A DNA stretch of 64,000 nt from an uncultured Acidobacteriota bacterium (GCA_963804995.1 CAWDSK010000006.1:416001-480000), one strand, 5' to 3'. Counted from the stretch's first letter, positions 20,960 to 34,431 are shown. Notes: generated from the letters alone by a model not told the origin. Made by a program: numbers and translations.

Positions 20960-21196
20960 CTACTTGTTCTGCGCCGCGCCCATCTGGCGCTGACGTATTA
21001 GAGTTTTTACCCGGGCAATTCCCTTGCGCAGCTCCCGGACCGCATTCAGATGTTCCGACTGGCCCCCCGCCATCTGGAATTTCAAACGAAAGAGCTGGTC
21101 GGAAAATTCCCGCTCCCGGGTCTTCAGCTCGTCGTCGGTCCACTCCCGCATTTTTTCGGCGGGCCACTTCCATCGCTTGTCTTTCTCCAGCTTCAT
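20960..21196 (-). CDS. rpmC: 50S ribosomal protein uL29
   Basis: LFRLKFQ...RKGIARVKT; operon position. Confidence 0.95.
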   Translation of the reverse strand: MKLEKDKRWKWPAEKMREWTDDELKTREREFSDQLFRLKFQMAGGQSEHLNAVRELRKGIARVKTLIRQRQMGAAQNK

Positions 21197-21216
21197 GAGC
21201 TCCGCTCCAACGTCCG

Positions 21217-21633
21217 CTAAAGTGCCACGGCACGCGACACAAACTGCGTTTCCAAAGGCAACTTGTGACTGGCCAAGCGCAGAGCTTCACGCGCTTCGGT
21301 CTCCGTCACGCCTTCCATCTCAAACAGCACCCGGCCCGGCCGGACCACCGCCACCCAGAACTCCGGCGCGCCCTTGCCTTTTCCCATGCGGGTTTCGGCA
21401 GGCTTCTTGGTCACCGGCTTATCGGGGAAAATTCGGATCCATAGCTTCCCGCCGCGCTTGATGAACCGCATGATCGCCACGCGGCTGGCTTCAATTTGTC
21501 GGTCGGAAATCCAACCTGCCTCCACAACCTTTAAACCGAAATCACCAAAGGAAAGGTCGGAACCCCGCCAGGCTTTTCCACGCATGCGGCCGCGCTGCTG
21601 TTTTCGAAACTTAACTTTGCTCGGCATTAACAT
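21217..21633 (-). CDS. rplP: 50S ribosomal protein uL16
   Basis: [15 protein letters not shown]. Confidence 0.98.
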   Translation of the reverse strand: MLMPSKVKFRKQQRGRMRGKAWRGSDLSFGDFGLKVVEAGWISDRQIEASRVAIMRFIKRGGKLWIRIFPDKPVTKKPAETRMGKGKGAPEFWVAVVRPGRVLFEMEGVTETEAREALRLASHKLPLETQFVSRAVAL

Positions 21634-21708
21634 AGCTAGTTCTCAGTTCTCAGTTGGTACAACTCGACAGATCTCTTGCTTGTCTGCACTGACGGCTGAC
21701 GCCTTCTC

Positions 21709-22392
21709 CTACGCCACCGGCGCCACAGCCACCGGCGCCTCAACCTTCTCAACCCGGCGTTTTTGTTCCAGAATCTCGCCGTTGTAAATCCAACACTTCA
21801 CGCCGATCACGCCGTAAGTAGTCATCGCCTCGGCTTGTCCGTAATCAATGTCGGCGCGCAGCGTATGCAGAGGCAGGCGGCCCTGCAAGTACCACTCGGA
21901 GCGCGCAATTTCCGCGCCATTCAAGCGCCCGCCACAACGAATCTTGATTCCCTTACAGCCGAAGCGCAGCGCGGAGTCTACCGACTTGCGCATGGCACGG
22001 CGGAAGGCAACACGTTTCTCCAGCTGCAGGCAAATTGCCTCAGCCACGAGCTGCGCATTCAGTTCCGGCCGGTGCACTTCCTGAATGTTGATGGGTAGCA
22101 CTTCACGGCCCGTGCGCTTCTGAATTTCCTGCCGCAGCCGATCGATCTCCGCGCCCTTGCGGCCAATGATGATGCCCGGCCGCGCGGTGTGGATGGTCAC
22201 CTTCAGCTTGGTCCCTGGACGCTCGACCTCGATAGACGCCACGCCGGCGGCGCGTAGCTGGTCCTTCAAGCGCTTTTTGAGCTTCAAATCTTCGTGAAGA
22301 AGTTCGGCGTACTCCTTCTTCGCAAACCACCGCGACTTCCACGATTTGTTATATCCCAGACGAAACCCGTAAGGATGTACCTTCTGACCCAC
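21709..22392 (-). CDS. rpsC: 30S ribosomal protein uS3
   Basis: [23 protein letters not shown]. Confidence 0.98.
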   Translation of the reverse strand: MGQKVHPYGFRLGYNKSWKSRWFAKKEYAELLHEDLKLKKRLKDQLRAAGVASIEVERPGTKLKVTIHTARPGIIIGRKGAEIDRLRQEIQKRTGREVLPINIQEVHRPELNAQLVAEAICLQLEKRVAFRRAMRKSVDSALRFGCKGIKIRCGGRLNGAEIARSEWYLQGRLPLHTLRADIDYGQAEAMTTYGVIGVKCWIYNGEILEQKRRVEKVEAPVAVAPVA

Positions 22393-22462
22393 CCTAAGCC
22401 TCCTCGATCTTACCGGACTCGCGGCGCTTTCGCTCTAACGGGCAGCAGCGCGCGATGCACGA

Positions 22463-22804
22463 TTAATCCCCGGGAGCCGCAACCACCACAGTGATCAGGC
22501 TTGTCCGGCGCTGGTAGCGATAGGCTCGACCCATGGGCGCCGGCCGAATGCGCTTTTGCCGCGGACCATCGTTGACGTAGATTCTGGAAACCACCAACTC
22601 GTCCACGTCAAGGTGCTCCGCCTTCTCCTCAGCGTTCGACACGGCCGACCGCAGGACCTTCTCGACATCGCGTGTGACTCGCTTCTTGGTGAAGTTCAGA
22701 ATATTGAGCGCTTCACTGACACGCTTGCCGCGGATCAGGTCCACGACCAGCCGCGCCTTCTGTGGCGAAACTCGAACGTATTTGAAAGTGGCACTAGCTT
22801 CCAT
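22463..22804 (-). CDS. rplV: 50S ribosomal protein uL22
   Basis: RVSPQKARLVVDLIRG. Confidence 0.98.
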   Translation of the reverse strand: MEASATFKYVRVSPQKARLVVDLIRGKRVSEALNILNFTKKRVTRDVEKVLRSAVSNAEEKAEHLDVDELVVSRIYVNDGPRQKRIRPAPMGRAYRYQRRTSLITVVVAAPGD

Positions 22805-22839
22805 CGATTCACCTGAACTGCCCAGTCATGGGCGCAAAT

Positions 22840-23199
22840 CTAGCTGGCGCCCCCCGCAGCCGCGGGAGGAGCCCCGGCAGTTTTTGGCCCACCGGAAACC
22901 GGCGGGGGGGCCGCCGCCGCGGCAGCCCTTTCAGCCGCGACCTTCACCCCGTGCCCCTTGAACGTGCGTGTGGGCGAAAACTCTCCCAGCTTATGTCCCA
23001 CCATATTCTCCGTGATGTACACAGGGATGAATTTCTTACCATTGTGAACGGCCACCGTGTGCCCCACCATCTCAGGCACAATCGTGGAGCGCCGCGACCA
23101 GGTCTTCACCACTTTCTTCTCGAAGCGGCGATTGAGCAGCTCGATCTTCTTCATCAAGTGATCGTCCACGAACGGACCCTTTTTCAGCGACCTTCCCAA
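22840..23199 (-). CDS. rpsS: 30S ribosomal protein uS19 with Ala/Pro/Gly tail
   Basis: [21 protein letters not shown]. Confidence 0.98.
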   Translation of the reverse strand: MGRSLKKGPFVDDHLMKKIELLNRRFEKKVVKTWSRRSTIVPEMVGHTVAVHNGKKFIPVYITENMVGHKLGEFSPTRTFKGHGVKVAAERAAAAAAPPPVSGGPKTAGAPPAAAGGAS

Positions 23200-23211
23200 G
23201 GTGCCCTCCCT

Positions 23212-24039
23212 TTATTTCTTCTCACGCCGCTTGACAATGAAACGGTCCGTAGACTTGTTGTTACGCGTTTTGTAACCGCGCGTCGGCTGGCCCCAGGGCG
23301 TCACGGGATGCCGGCCTCCCGAGGTCTTGCCTTCACCGCCGCCCAGCGGATGGTCTACAGGATTCATGGCCACACCCCGCACCGTTGGCCGGATCCCCAT
23401 CCAGCGCTTGCGGCCCGCTTTGCCAATGGAAAGGTTCTCGTGGTCCAGATTCCCGAGTTGTCCGATGGTGGCGGTGCACTCGATGAAAACCTTGCGTACT
23501 TCTCCTGAAGGCAGCCGCACCTGCGCGTACTCTCCCTCTTTGGCCAGCAACTGCGCGGCACCTCCGGCGCTTCGAACCAACTGGCCGCCCTTGCCGGGAC
23601 GCAACTCGATATTGTGAATCATGGTGCCGACGGGAATATTCTTCAAAGGAAGCGCATTGCCGTTCACGATGTCCGCATCCGGACCGGACACCACGCGGTC
23701 CCCCACCTTCAAGCCCACGGGGTAAAGAATGTAACGCTTGTCGCCATCGGCGTAGTGCAGCAAAGCGATAAAGGCGGAGCGATTCGGGTCATATTCTACG
23801 GTCGCCACGCGCGCGGGGACACCCACTTTGTCGCGCCTGAAGTCAATCACCCGGTAGTGGCGCTTGTGACCGCCGCCCCGGCGCCAGATGGTAATTTCCC
23901 CTTGGTTATTCCGCCCCGAAATTCGGGTCTTCGGTTCCAAGAGCGGCCGATGAGGCTCCGAGGTGGTGATTTCCTCAAACGTCAGGCTGGTCTGGAACCG
24001 CCGGGTTTCGGTATAGGGTCGGTATGTTTTGATTCCCAT
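23212..24039 (-). CDS. rplB: 50S ribosomal protein uL2
   Basis: [25 protein letters not shown]; start placed at MGIKTY. Confidence 0.98.
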   Translation of the reverse strand: MGIKTYRPYTETRRFQTSLTFEEITTSEPHRPLLEPKTRISGRNNQGEITIWRRGGGHKRHYRVIDFRRDKVGVPARVATVEYDPNRSAFIALLHYADGDKRYILYPVGLKVGDRVVSGPDADIVNGNALPLKNIPVGTMIHNIELRPGKGGQLVRSAGGAAQLLAKEGEYAQVRLPSGEVRKVFIECTATIGQLGNLDHENLSIGKAGRKRWMGIRPTVRGVAMNPVDHPLGGGEGKTSGGRHPVTPWGQPTRGYKTRNNKSTDRFIVKRREKK

Positions 24040-24085
24040 AACCTTCATCTTTCGCGGCACGCGCCGCTCGACTCGTCAAACTCTC

Positions 24086-24382
24086 TTAAGCACTTTCCAC
24101 GTATTCCGGAACCTTTTCCCCGGCCCGGAGTTTCACATAGGCCTTCTTCCAATCCGGCCGCTTGCCGACCATGCGGCCGCGCCGCCGCTCCTTGCCGACA
24201 TAACTCGAGGTATGTACCGACTCCACTTTGACCTTGAAGACCGTCTGCACAGCTTCTTTAATCTCCGTCTTGGTGGCGTGCGGATCAACCTGGAAGCACA
24301 AAGTCCGGTAGCGTTCCTTCACGGCATAGCTCTTCTCCGTAACCACCGGTTTCCGCAAAATCTGATAAGGGCTCTTGTTCAT
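24086..24382 (-). CDS. rplW: 50S ribosomal protein uL23
   Basis: PVVTEKS, WKKAYVKL. Confidence 0.98.
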   Translation of the reverse strand: MNKSPYQILRKPVVTEKSYAVKERYRTLCFQVDPHATKTEIKEAVQTVFKVKVESVHTSSYVGKERRRGRMVGKRPDWKKAYVKLRAGEKVPEYVESA

Positions 24383-25002
24383 CCCAGCGCCTCCTGGAGT
24401 CGCGCCAGCGCCCCTTCGGAAATCACAAGCTGGTCGTGGCTGAGCACATGGTAAGGATGAAGTTCGTGGTGCCGCACCACGTCACACCCCTCAACATTCC
24501 GGGAAGAGAGTTCCAGGTTCCGGTTGGCCGCGTCGTTCACCACCAGGATCGTCTTCTCCACACCTAACTTATGTAAAGCCCCGGAGAACACTTTCGTTTT
24601 GGCCTCACCGAGATTGAACTGATCCACCACGGTTAGCTTGTGCTCCTGGAATTTCGCGGCCAAGGCCGCACGTAGAGCCCCACGAAGCATCTTTTTGGGG
24701 AGTTCGTAGGAGTAGTCACGCGGCTGGGGACCATGCGCGATGGAGCCATGCCGCCAGAGGGAACTGCGAATGCTGCCCACCCGGGCCCGCCCCGTTCCCT
24801 TCTGCCGCCAAGGCTTCTTGCCGCCCCCGCTCACTTCACCGCGGCTCTTCGTTTTGTGAGTACCGCGGCGCTGGCTGGCAAGAAACTGCTTGACCGCTTC
24901 CCACAGCAAACTCTGATTGGGCTTCGCGCCGAAGACTGCATCGGCCACCTGAAGCTCTTTCACCGTCTGCCCTTCCAGATTTTTGACCTCAACCGTCGCC
25001 AT
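24379..25002 (-). CDS. rplD: 50S ribosomal protein uL4
   Basis: KPWRQKGTGRARVGS; start placed at MATVEV. Confidence 0.98.
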   Translation of the reverse strand: MATVEVKNLEGQTVKELQVADAVFGAKPNQSLLWEAVKQFLASQRRGTHKTKSRGEVSGGGKKPWRQKGTGRARVGSIRSSLWRHGSIAHGPQPRDYSYELPKKMLRGALRAALAAKFQEHKLTVVDQFNLGEAKTKVFSGALHKLGVEKTILVVNDAANRNLELSSRNVEGCDVVRHHELHPYHVLSHDQLVISEGALARLQEALG

Positions 25003-25064
25003 GTTCGTCCTTCTGCCTATCCCCGACTCTGTCGGGACGCGCACTGAGCGCTCGCTGCCTACTG

Positions 25065-25706
25065 TCACTTATGTGGCGCCTTCGCCTTGTGAACGATCAC
25101 GTAGCTGCCCTGGGGACCCGGGACGGCTCCCTCCACCAGCAGCGTGTTGTCCTCAGCCAGAACCTGCACGACGCGCAAATTCCGCACCGTGACTCGGACA
25201 TTGCCCATGTGGCCGGCGGCGCGCATACCCTTTGTGACCCGGGAAGGCCACGCCGAGGCACCAATCGAACCGGGGGCGCGATGAAACATGGAGCCGTGCG
25301 CTCCCCCGCCGCCACCAAAGTGGTGCCGCTTGTGAACCCCCGCAAAGCCTCGTCCTTTCGAAACGCCCGTCACATCCACGACATCATTGATCGCGAATAC
25401 ATCAACCAGAACTTTATCGCCGACGTTCACATCCCCTGTACCCTCTCCCAATCGTACTTCGCGGAGGAAACGCACGGGGTTGGCCCCGGCCTTTTTGAAG
25501 TGGCCTTCCATGGGCTTCGTCAGACGCCGGGGAAGGGGCACTTCCACCAGGCCGAGTTGGGCGGCTTCGTATCCATCCTTTTGCGCTGTTTTGCGCTGCA
25601 TCACCACACAAGGGCCCGCTTTCAGCACCGTGACCGGGATCGCGTCTCCGTTTTCCGCGAAGACTTGCGTCATGCCCAACTTCTTACCCAAAATGGCGTT
25701 CACCAT
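25065..25706 (-). CDS. rplC: 50S ribosomal protein uL3
   Basis: [26 protein letters not shown]. Confidence 0.98.
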   Translation of the reverse strand: MVNAILGKKLGMTQVFAENGDAIPVTVLKAGPCVVMQRKTAQKDGYEAAQLGLVEVPLPRRLTKPMEGHFKKAGANPVRFLREVRLGEGTGDVNVGDKVLVDVFAINDVVDVTGVSKGRGFAGVHKRHHFGGGGGAHGSMFHRAPGSIGASAWPSRVTKGMRAAGHMGNVRVTVRNLRVVQVLAEDNTLLVEGAVPGPQGSYVIVHKAKAPHK

Positions 25707-25775
25707 AATTGTCTCTCGCCCATCGCAGTTCAGCGTTTGCCCGGCACAGACGGCGCTCCGGAAGGTGCCGCACGC

Positions 25776-26105
25776 CTATTTCGCGTGCTCTTTGCCGAAC
25801 GCCTTGATCTCGATGTCCACTCCCGAAGGCAAATCGAGCTTGGTCAGGGCCTCGATGGTCCCCGAAGTCGGCTCCAGAATATCCACCAGCCGCTTGTGCG
25901 TGCGGATTTCGAATTGCTCGCGCGATTTCTTGTCCGTATGCGGCGAGCGCAGCACGCAATACTTATTCTTGATAGTGGGCAAGGGAATTGGCCCCGCCAC
26001 CTGTGCCCCCGTGCGCTTCGCCGTCGAAACGATTTCCGCCGCCGACTGGTCGAGAATCCGGTGATCGTATGCCTTGAGTCGAATTCTAATTTTCTGATGC
26101 AGCAT
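25776..26105 (-). CDS. rpsJ: 30S ribosomal protein uS10
   Basis: [22 protein letters not shown]. Confidence 0.98.
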   Translation of the reverse strand: MLHQKIRIRLKAYDHRILDQSAAEIVSTAKRTGAQVAGPIPLPTIKNKYCVLRSPHTDKKSREQFEIRTHKRLVDILEPTSGTIEALTKLDLPSGVDIEIKAFGKEHAK

Positions 26106-26183
26106 CGTTATTTCAGTCCTTAGGTTTAAACCATCCGCCTTCAGCCCAGCCGTCTTGCTAACCGCTACTGCTCACTGACCGCA

Positions 26184-27374
<1,191 letters not shown>

Positions 27375-27429
27375 AGATCAGTTCCTCGCCCCTCAGAGAT
27401 TCAACCTGCCAAGCAAAATCCAAGACTTG

Positions 27430-29586
27430 TTACTGTCCCACCGTACGCCCTTGCACGCGGGCGATGACTTCTTCCGAAACTGCCGCCGGCGCCTGCTCGT
27501 ACCGCAGGAAATGCATGGTGTACGAGGCGCGCCCCTGCGTGCGGGAGCGCAAATCGGTGGCATATCCAAACATCTGGGCAAGCGGCACTTTGGAGCGGAT
27601 GATCTGCGTCGACCCGCGCTTCTCCATGCCTTCAATGTGCCCACGGCGCGAACTCAGGTCTCCCAAAACGTCACCCATAAATTCATCGGGGACCACGACC
27701 TCAACCTTCATCACCGGCTCCAGCAGCACCGGCTTGGACCTGCGTACCGCTTCCTTGAAACCCAGCGAGCCCGCTATTTTAAAAGCGATTTCCGAGGAGT
27801 CAACCTCATGGTACGACCCATCGGTGAGTGCCACGGAGACGCCGTTCATTTCGTAGCCGGCCAGTACTCCGGTCTCCATCGCCTCCCGAATGCCCTGATA
27901 GGTTGGACCGATGTATTCCCTCGGAACGACGCCGCTCACGATCTCATCGCGGAAGAGGAGGTTCAGCTCCGGATCGAATTTGTTGGTGGATTTCTTCCGG
28001 GTAAGCTCTTCGATGGTGGTCAGGTCCGGATGCGGCATGGGTTCGACGCGCAGGAACACGTGACCGTACTGGCCGCGCCCACCCGTCTGTCGAACGTATT
28101 TGCCTTCGCCTTCCGCACTGCCCAGGATGGTTTCGCGATACGCCACTTGCGGGCGGCCGACATTGGCGGCGACATTAAACTCGCGCACCATGCGATCCAC
28201 TAGAATCTCAAGGTGCAACTCACCCATGCCGGAGATCAGCGTTTGACCTGTATCGGGGTCGGTATGAACCTTGAACGTCGGGTCTTCCTGAGTGAGCTTG
28301 CCAAGGGCGTTGCCCAGTTTCTCCTGGTCAGCCTTCGTCTTGGGCTCGATGGCCACGGAAATAACCGGTGCGGGGAAGTCCATGGCTTCGAGCACAATCG
28401 GATGGTCCTCGTCGCAAACTGTGTCGCCGGTGGAGACGTTCTTCAGGCCCACTGCCGCCGCGATGTCACCCGCGTAAACATCGGAGATTTCTTCACGCTT
28501 GTTGGCGTGCATTTGCAGCAGGCGGGAAACGCGCTCACGACGACCGCGGCGGGGATTATATACCGTGTCACCTTGCTGGAGTTTTCCGGAATAGACGCGC
28601 AGGAAGGCGAGTTGACCGACGAAGGGGTCGGTCATAATCTTGAAAATGAGGCCGGCGAATGGTTCTTCGTCGTTGGCCATGCGCGTCAGCGTCTTCTCTT
28701 CGTTATCGGGATCCAATCCTTCAATCGGCGGGACATCCAAGGGGGAAGGCAGGTAATCCACCACGGCATCAAGCAGGGGCTGCACGCCCTTGTTCTTAAA
28801 GGCCGCTCCGCAAACCACTGGAAACACCTTCATGGCGATGGTGGCCCGGCGAATGGCGGCGCGCAGATCCTCGGGCGATATGGTTTCGCCATGGACATAC
28901 TTTTCCATGATGGCGTCATCCGACTCGCCGAGCGTTTCAATCAACTGCTCGCGATAGCGCCGCGCCTTTTCGGCAATTTCAGCAGGGATATCCAGATCAT
29001 CAAATCCCGCTCCCAGGGTCTCTTCTTTCCAAACGATGGCGCGCTCGCGAACCAGATCGACGATGCCATCGAAGTGGTCTTGCGCCCCCAGGGGAAGCTG
29101 GATGATAAGGGGGTTCGCGTGCAGCTTGGAACGCATCTGGCTGACGCAGGTCTCAAAATCCGCGCCCGTGCGGTCCATCTTGTTGACGAAAACGATGCGG
29201 GGCACACGGTACTTGTCGGCCTGGCGCCAGACGGCTTCGGTTTGCGGTTCTACGCCCTCGACCGCTCCCAAAATGGCAATCGCTCCGTCAAGCACCCGGA
29301 GCGACCTTTCCACTTCCGCCGTAAAGTCCACGTGTCCCGGCGTATCGATGATGTTAATTCGAATGTCATTCCAGAAACACGTGGTCGCTGCCGAGGTGAT
29401 GGTAATGCCGCGTTCCTGCTCCTGCTCCATCCAATCCATGACGGCGGTGCCTTCGTGCACCTCACCCATCTTGTGCGTCCGTCCCGTGTAGTAAAGGACC
29501 CGCTCCGTCGTGGTGGTCTTACCGGCATCGATGTGGGCCATGATGCCGATATTCCGATATTTCTCGAGCTGTACTTCGCGCGGCAT
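27430..29586 (-). CDS. fusA: Elongation factor G
   Basis: [29 protein letters not shown]. Confidence 0.99.
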   Translation of the reverse strand: MPREVQLEKYRNIGIMAHIDAGKTTTTERVLYYTGRTHKMGEVHEGTAVMDWMEQEQERGITITSAATTCFWNDIRINIIDTPGHVDFTAEVERSLRVLDGAIAILGAVEGVEPQTEAVWRQADKYRVPRIVFVNKMDRTGADFETCVSQMRSKLHANPLIIQLPLGAQDHFDGIVDLVRERAIVWKEETLGAGFDDLDIPAEIAEKARRYREQLIETLGESDDAIMEKYVHGETISPEDLRAAIRRATIAMKVFPVVCGAAFKNKGVQPLLDAVVDYLPSPLDVPPIEGLDPDNEEKTLTRMANDEEPFAGLIFKIMTDPFVGQLAFLRVYSGKLQQGDTVYNPRRGRRERVSRLLQMHANKREEISDVYAGDIAAAVGLKNVSTGDTVCDEDHPIVLEAMDFPAPVISVAIEPKTKADQEKLGNALGKLTQEDPTFKVHTDPDTGQTLISGMGELHLEILVDRMVREFNVAANVGRPQVAYRETILGSAEGEGKYVRQTGGRGQYGHVFLRVEPMPHPDLTTIEELTRKKSTNKFDPELNLLFRDEIVSGVVPREYIGPTYQGIREAMETGVLAGYEMNGVSVALTDGSYHEVDSSEIAFKIAGSLGFKEAVRRSKPVLLEPVMKVEVVVPDEFMGDVLGDLSSRRGHIEGMEKRGSTQIIRSKVPLAQMFGYATDLRSRTQGRASYTMHFLRYEQAPAAVSEEVIARVQGRTVGQ

Positions 29587-29755
29587 AACTCCTCAAACGA
29601 AAACAACACCAGCCCCGATCTCAATCCCAAGGATCAAGATCCGGAACCCCCGCATTCAGTTGGCCACAGTGCCGCCGAGGGCGGCTGCAAAACGGATCGT
29701 GGGCCGGGGAGGCGCCACATCCCGCCTTGCTCGAGGTTATCCCGCTTAAACGGGA

Positions 29756-30226
29756 TTACCAGCGGTAATGGGCAAAAGCCTTGTTGGCTTCGGCCATGCG
29801 GTGAGTATCGTCACGCTTCTTGATGGCGCCGCCGCGATTGTTAGCTGCATCGAGCAGCTCCGCGGCCAGCTTCTCCACCATGGACTTCTCACCTCGCTCA
29901 CGCGCATAACCGATAATCCAGCGGAGACTTAAGGAGGTCTGACGATTCCGATTCACTTCCACCGGCACCTGATAGTTCGCCCCCCCAACTCTTCGCGTCT
30001 TTACTTCCAGGGCCGGCTTGACGTTATCAACCGCCTTCTTGAAGACCTTTAGCGGATCATCATTGGCCCGCTGCTTGATCATCTCAAAGGCGTCGTAGAC
30101 GATATTCTGGGCTACGCTCTTCTTGCCTTCAAACATGACGCAATTCACGAGCTTCTGCACCAGAGCATTGGCGTACACCGGATCGGGACCGACTTCTCGA
30201 CGCTCTACCGTACCTTTACGTGGCAT
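29756..30226 (-). CDS. rpsG: 30S ribosomal protein uS7
   Basis: [24 protein letters not shown]. Confidence 0.99.
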   Translation of the reverse strand: MPRKGTVERREVGPDPVYANALVQKLVNCVMFEGKKSVAQNIVYDAFEMIKQRANDDPLKVFKKAVDNVKPALEVKTRRVGGANYQVPVEVNRNRQTSLSLRWIIGYARERGEKSMVEKLAAELLDAANNRGGAIKKRDDTHRMAEANKAFAHYRW

Positions 30227-30279
30227 AGAATATTCAAAACTTTTCCGGGGAAGAGTCTCCGCTCTTCTTCCCTCTTAGG

Positions 30280-30657
30280 CTAAGCAGCCTTGGGCCGCTT
30301 AGCTCCATACTTCGATCGCGCCTGTCGGCGATCCGTAACACCGGCGGAATCCAGTGTGCCCCGAATCACGTGGTAGCGAACTCCGGGGAGATCCTTAACG
30401 CGGCCGCCCCGGATCAGCACAATGGAGTGCTCCTGTAAATTGTGACCAACACCGGGAATGTACGTAGTCACTTCCATGCTGTTGGTCAGCCGCACGCGGG
30501 CAACCTTACGCAGCGCGGAGTTCGGTTTCTTGGGCGTCTGCGTATAAACGCGGATACACACCCCGCGCTTTTGGGGACAACTCTCTAAGGCCGGGCTCGA
30601 TGTCTTATAGCGCGGCGGCTTACGACCAAGACGAACCATCTGACTAAACGTGGGCAT
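30280..30657 (-). CDS. rpsL: 30S ribosomal protein uS12
   Basis: [22 protein letters not shown]. Confidence 0.99.
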   Translation of the reverse strand: MPTFSQMVRLGRKPPRYKTSSPALESCPQKRGVCIRVYTQTPKKPNSALRKVARVRLTNSMEVTTYIPGVGHNLQEHSIVLIRGGRVKDLPGVRYHVIRGTLDSAGVTDRRQARSKYGAKRPKAA

Positions 30658-30742
30658 CCAGAAACCTTTCGCACCCCCGCGCCCGCATTGAAAATCACGG
30701 ACACACGTACGGGAGGCTCTTTGGCTGTTGCCAAACCCTACA

Positions 30743-30772
30743 AATTTAACAGACCAAGCAAAAAACTGTCAA
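30743..30772 (-). promoter_or_regulatory. Sigma70-type promoter for rpsL (str operon)
   Basis: TTGACA-18 nt-TAAATT with TGn extension, ~85 bp upstream of rpsL. Confidence 0.65.
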
Positions 30773-30801
30773 GGGGTGGTGATCAAGAAATGTCAGATTT
30801 C

Positions 30802-31362
30802 TTACCGCATTTCCAGAATTTCCCGCTCCTTGCTCTTGGCATGACCTTCCAGCTTCTCCATGAAGTCATCGGTGAGCTTCTGAATCTCTTCCAGCGCCCG
30901 CCGCTCGTCGTCTTCCGAGATCTTCTTGTCCTTCAGGAGCTTCTTCGCTGCTTCGTTGGCGTCGCGCCGGATATTACGGACCGCGGTGCGATGGTTCTCC
31001 ATCACCTTGTGTAAATGCTTGACCAATTCCTTCCGCCTTTCCTCCGTGAGGGGCGGGATGGGCACCTTCAGAATCTTGCCATCGTTGACGGGATTCAACC
31101 CCAGGTCCGAGGAGCGGATTACCTTCTCAATCACCCCCAACAGGCTCGGGTCCCAGGGTTGCACGGTCAGCATCGAAGGCTCTGGAACTCCCAGGGTGGC
31201 CACTTGATTCAGCGGTGTGGGCGTCCCGTAATACTCCACCTTCAGATGATCGAGCAAAGCCGTGGAAGCGCGTCCGGTACGCACTCCCGCGAGTTCCACC
31301 CGCAGATCTTCGGCAGCCTTCGTCATGCGGGTTCTAGTCTGTGCCATCGTTTCTTTGATCAT
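30802..31362 (-). CDS. frr: Ribosome recycling factor
   Basis: VRTGRAS, PPLTEERRKEL, VRNIRRD. Confidence 0.98.
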   Translation of the reverse strand: MIKETMAQTRTRMTKAAEDLRVELAGVRTGRASTALLDHLKVEYYGTPTPLNQVATLGVPEPSMLTVQPWDPSLLGVIEKVIRSSDLGLNPVNDGKILKVPIPPLTEERRKELVKHLHKVMENHRTAVRNIRRDANEAAKKLLKDKKISEDDERRALEEIQKLTDDFMEKLEGHAKSKEREILEMR

Positions 31363-31387
31363 CGTACCCGCCTTTCCGGCCCGGCCC

Positions 31388-32104
31388 TCAGCAAGCCACC
31401 AACGAGCCCACCTTTTCTCCCAACACGACCCGCTTGAGGTTTCCCGGGACGTTCAAGTTGAACACAATGATAGGTAAATTGTTATCCATGCACATGGAAA
31501 TCGCCGTCGTATCCATCACCGCCAAGCCTCGCGAAAGCACATCCAGATATTTGATCTGCGCAAACATCTTAGCGTCGGGGACTTTCTTGGGGTCCGCGTC
31601 GTACACGCCATCCACCTTGGTGGCCTTCAGGATGACTTCCGCCTTGATTTCCATGGCCCGCAGCGCCGCGGCCGTGTCCGTGGAAAAATACGGATTCCCC
31701 GTTCCCCCGGCAAAGACCACGACCCGACCCTTTTCCAGATGCCGGATTCCGCGGCGGCGAATGAAAGGTTCCGCAATGGCGCGCATTTCTATGGCGGTCA
31801 CCACGCGCGTCGTTGACCCCAACTTCTCCAGCGCGTCTTGCAGGGCCAGAGCGTTGATCACCGTGGCCAGCATACCCATGTTGTCGGCGACGACCCGGTC
31901 AATCCCCAGCGCCGAGGCCGCCACGCCCCGGATGAAATTTCCGCCACCCACTACGATGGCGACTTGCACGTCCATGTTTCGAACTTCGTCAACTTCCCGG
32001 GCGATGCGCGCCGCAACTTCCGGGTCAACCCCAAACCCCTGGGTGCCCATCAGGGCTTCACCGCTCAGCTTCAGCAGAATCCGACGAAATACGGGCTGGC
32101 TCAT
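31388..32104 (-). CDS. pyrH: UMP kinase
   Basis: [19 protein letters not shown]. Confidence 0.98.
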   Translation of the reverse strand: MSQPVFRRILLKLSGEALMGTQGFGVDPEVAARIAREVDEVRNMDVQVAIVVGGGNFIRGVAASALGIDRVVADNMGMLATVINALALQDALEKLGSTTRVVTAIEMRAIAEPFIRRRGIRHLEKGRVVVFAGGTGNPYFSTDTAAALRAMEIKAEVILKATKVDGVYDADPKKVPDAKMFAQIKYLDVLSRGLAVMDTTAISMCMDNNLPIIVFNLNVPGNLKRVVLGEKVGSLVAC

Positions 32105-32211
32105 GTGTTTGCGGCTCGCGACCTGGCCATAACGCTCTTATCCAAGGCGGCTTTCCGAAGTGACCGTGGCCCTTGCCTGCCCCGCGCGATACTCGCAGGC
32201 GATGCAACTTG

Positions 32212-32859
32212 CTACTGAGCCGCCTCCGCCGGTGCGGGTTCGGGGCTCGACTTCCCTGACCCCTCGCCGACCTTGAATCTCGAAAACCGGCTTACGGTGA
32301 TATTCTCACCAAACTTGTGGATTTTCGAGACAATCAATTCGCCCACCGTCAGGCTGCTTCCGCTATCCTTGATGAAGTGCTGTTCGTAAAGGCAGTTGTC
32401 CTCATAAAACTTCCCGAGCTTGCCTTCCACGATCCGGTCCAGCACATTCTCCGGCTTTCCGGTGGCTGCCGCCTGGGCGCGCAGCACTTCCTTTTCGCGC
32501 GCCAGCGCTTCCACGGTTACGTCGTCCTTACGAATATAGCGCGGGTCGGTGGCGCAAATCTGCATAGCCAGGTCGTGGGCCAGTTGCTGGAACTCATCAT
32601 TACGGGCCACGAAATCCGATTCGCAGTTAACCTCCACCAGCACGCCTATCTTCCCGCCGGCATGGATATAAGAACCCACCACGCCTTCTGACGTCACCCG
32701 GCCGGCCTTCTTTGCCGCCGTGGCCATGCCCCTTTTGCGCAGAACCGTGAAAGCTTTTTCCAGCTCCCCTTCGGCCTCATCCAGGGCGCGTTTGCACTCC
32801 ATCATGGGAGCGCCGCTCATCTCACGCAGTTTTTTTACTTGCTCCGGTGTAACACTCAT
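32212..32859 (-). CDS. tsf: Elongation factor Ts (short form)
   Basis: LREMSGAPMMECKRAL, EVNCESDFVA. Confidence 0.98.
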   Translation of the reverse strand: MSVTPEQVKKLREMSGAPMMECKRALDEAEGELEKAFTVLRKRGMATAAKKAGRVTSEGVVGSYIHAGGKIGVLVEVNCESDFVARNDEFQQLAHDLAMQICATDPRYIRKDDVTVEALAREKEVLRAQAAATGKPENVLDRIVEGKLGKFYEDNCLYEQHFIKDSGSSLTVGELIVSKIHKFGENITVSRFSRFKVGEGSGKSSPEPAPAEAAQ

Positions 32860-32946
32860 TCTGGATTGATTCCTCTCGACACGAAAAAGGTAGGCGTTGC
32901 TCAGCGCCGCGCCTACCTCAGGTGTTGCAATCTGAATTCGCGGGTA

Positions 32947-33900
32947 TTACTGAACGTCCGCCGGAGGCTCACCGCCCTCGTCGGGTTTACGCGTGCGGGG
33001 CCTGATCTCGCCTGGCTTCCGCCGCAGCTTGGGAACGCGCACGCGGCCATCCAAATCTTCTTCCGCGGCCAGCACGGCGGGCGAAAGCACTCCATCGATT
33101 TCCACCATTAACTCCGGCGCCTCGCCGGCCACATACGCTCCTGCCTGGCGCTGCCGCTCCAGTTCCTCCGCCGCCTTCTCCGCGGCCACTTTCTCTTCCT
33201 CCAGCCGCTTATCCTCTGCCGCCTGGCGGCCTTCCAGGACCGCATCCGCAATGCGCGAGGTAAAAAGGCGAATGGCCCGCAGGGCGTCATCGTTGCCGGG
33301 AATCACGTAATTCACGAGGTCCGGGTCGCAGTTGGTGTCCACAATGGCCACCACGGCAATCCCCAGCTTGCGCGCTTCCTGCACCGCAATTTCCTCACTA
33401 TGAGAATCCACCACAAAGAGTAGATCCGGCAACCCTGGCATGTCTTTGATGCCCGCGAGGTTCTGTTCCAGATGCTTCCGCTCCCGCTCCAGGCGCTGCA
33501 CTTCCTTTTTCGTGAGGAGGTCGTAGCGGCCGTCGCGGCTCATCTCCTCCAGCTCCTTAAGGCGCTGAATCGATTTCTGGATGGTGGAGTTATTGGTCAG
33601 CAGCCCGCCCAGCCAGCGATGATTCACATAATACATCCCGCAGCGAGCAGCTTCTTCAGCAATAGCTTCCTGGGCCTGGCGTTTGGTGCCGACAAACAGG
33701 ATGGTTTTGCCTTCGCGGGACATGTCGGAAACAATGCGGGCGGCTTCCTTGAACAGTTTCAGGGTTTTCTGGAGGTCGATAATGTAAATCCCGTTGCGCT
33801 CCCCGTAGATGTATTCCTTCATCTTGGGGTTCCAACGGCGGGTCTGGTGGCCGAAGTGAACACCGGCCTCCAAGAATTCCTTCATCGTTATGTTTGACAA
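32947..33900 (-). CDS. rpsB: 30S ribosomal protein uS2 with C-terminal extension
   Basis: [26 protein letters not shown] start with GAGGTGAGG RBS. Confidence 0.98.
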   Translation of the reverse strand: MSNITMKEFLEAGVHFGHQTRRWNPKMKEYIYGERNGIYIIDLQKTLKLFKEAARIVSDMSREGKTILFVGTKRQAQEAIAEEAARCGMYYVNHRWLGGLLTNNSTIQKSIQRLKELEEMSRDGRYDLLTKKEVQRLERERKHLEQNLAGIKDMPGLPDLLFVVDSHSEEIAVQEARKLGIAVVAIVDTNCDPDLVNYVIPGNDDALRAIRLFTSRIADAVLEGRQAAEDKRLEEEKVAAEKAAEELERQRQAGAYVAGEAPELMVEIDGVLSPAVLAAEEDLDGRVRVPKLRRKPGEIRPRTRKPDEGGEPPADVQ

Positions 33901-33920
33901 AACCTCACCTCGCTGTAAAA

Positions 33921-33990
33921 GCTATCAGCCACCAGCTTTCAGCCTTCAGCTAAGGCCCAAGCTGATAGCTGAAAGCTAATAGCTGATAGC
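33921..33990. repeat. Heptamer-based hairpin between rpsI and rpsB
   Basis: gctatca-gccacca-gctttca-gccttca / gctgata-gctgaaa-gctaata-gctgata-gc. Confidence 0.75.
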
Positions 33991-33997
33991 TTCTTCC

Positions 33998-34399
33998 CTA
34001 CCGCTTCGAGAACTGGAACCGCTTGCGCGCTCCCTTTTGGCCGTACTTCTTCCGTTCCTTGGCGCGCGGGTCGCGGGTCAGGAAGCCGCCCTGGCGCAAA
34101 CGCGACCGGAGCTCCGGATTGAAAATCACCAACGCACGCGCGATCCCCAGGCGCGCCGCCCCCGCCTGACCGTGAATGCCGCCGCCCGCGCAATTCATCA
34201 GAATGTCAAACTTCCCGGTCAGCTCGGTGATCCCCAGCGGTTGCTGGACTTCCGCGCGCAGAGCTTCCGAGGGGAAATAGACGTCGAAGGCCTGGCGGTT
34301 GACCAGCATCTTACCTTCACCGGGACGCAAAATCACCCGGCACACCGCGGTTTTCCGACGACCTGTTGCCATGTATTGGACAAGCTCAGCCACAGTCAC
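33998..34399 (-). CDS. rpsI: 30S ribosomal protein uS9
   Basis: [19 protein letters not shown]. Confidence 0.98.
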   Translation of the reverse strand: MTVAELVQYMATGRRKTAVCRVILRPGEGKMLVNRQAFDVYFPSEALRAEVQQPLGITELTGKFDILMNCAGGGIHGQAGAARLGIARALVIFNPELRSRLRQGGFLTRDPRAKERKKYGQKGARKRFQFSKR

Positions 34400-34431
34400 T
34401 CCGTTCTGCTTGAGATTCTGGAGGATTCAAA

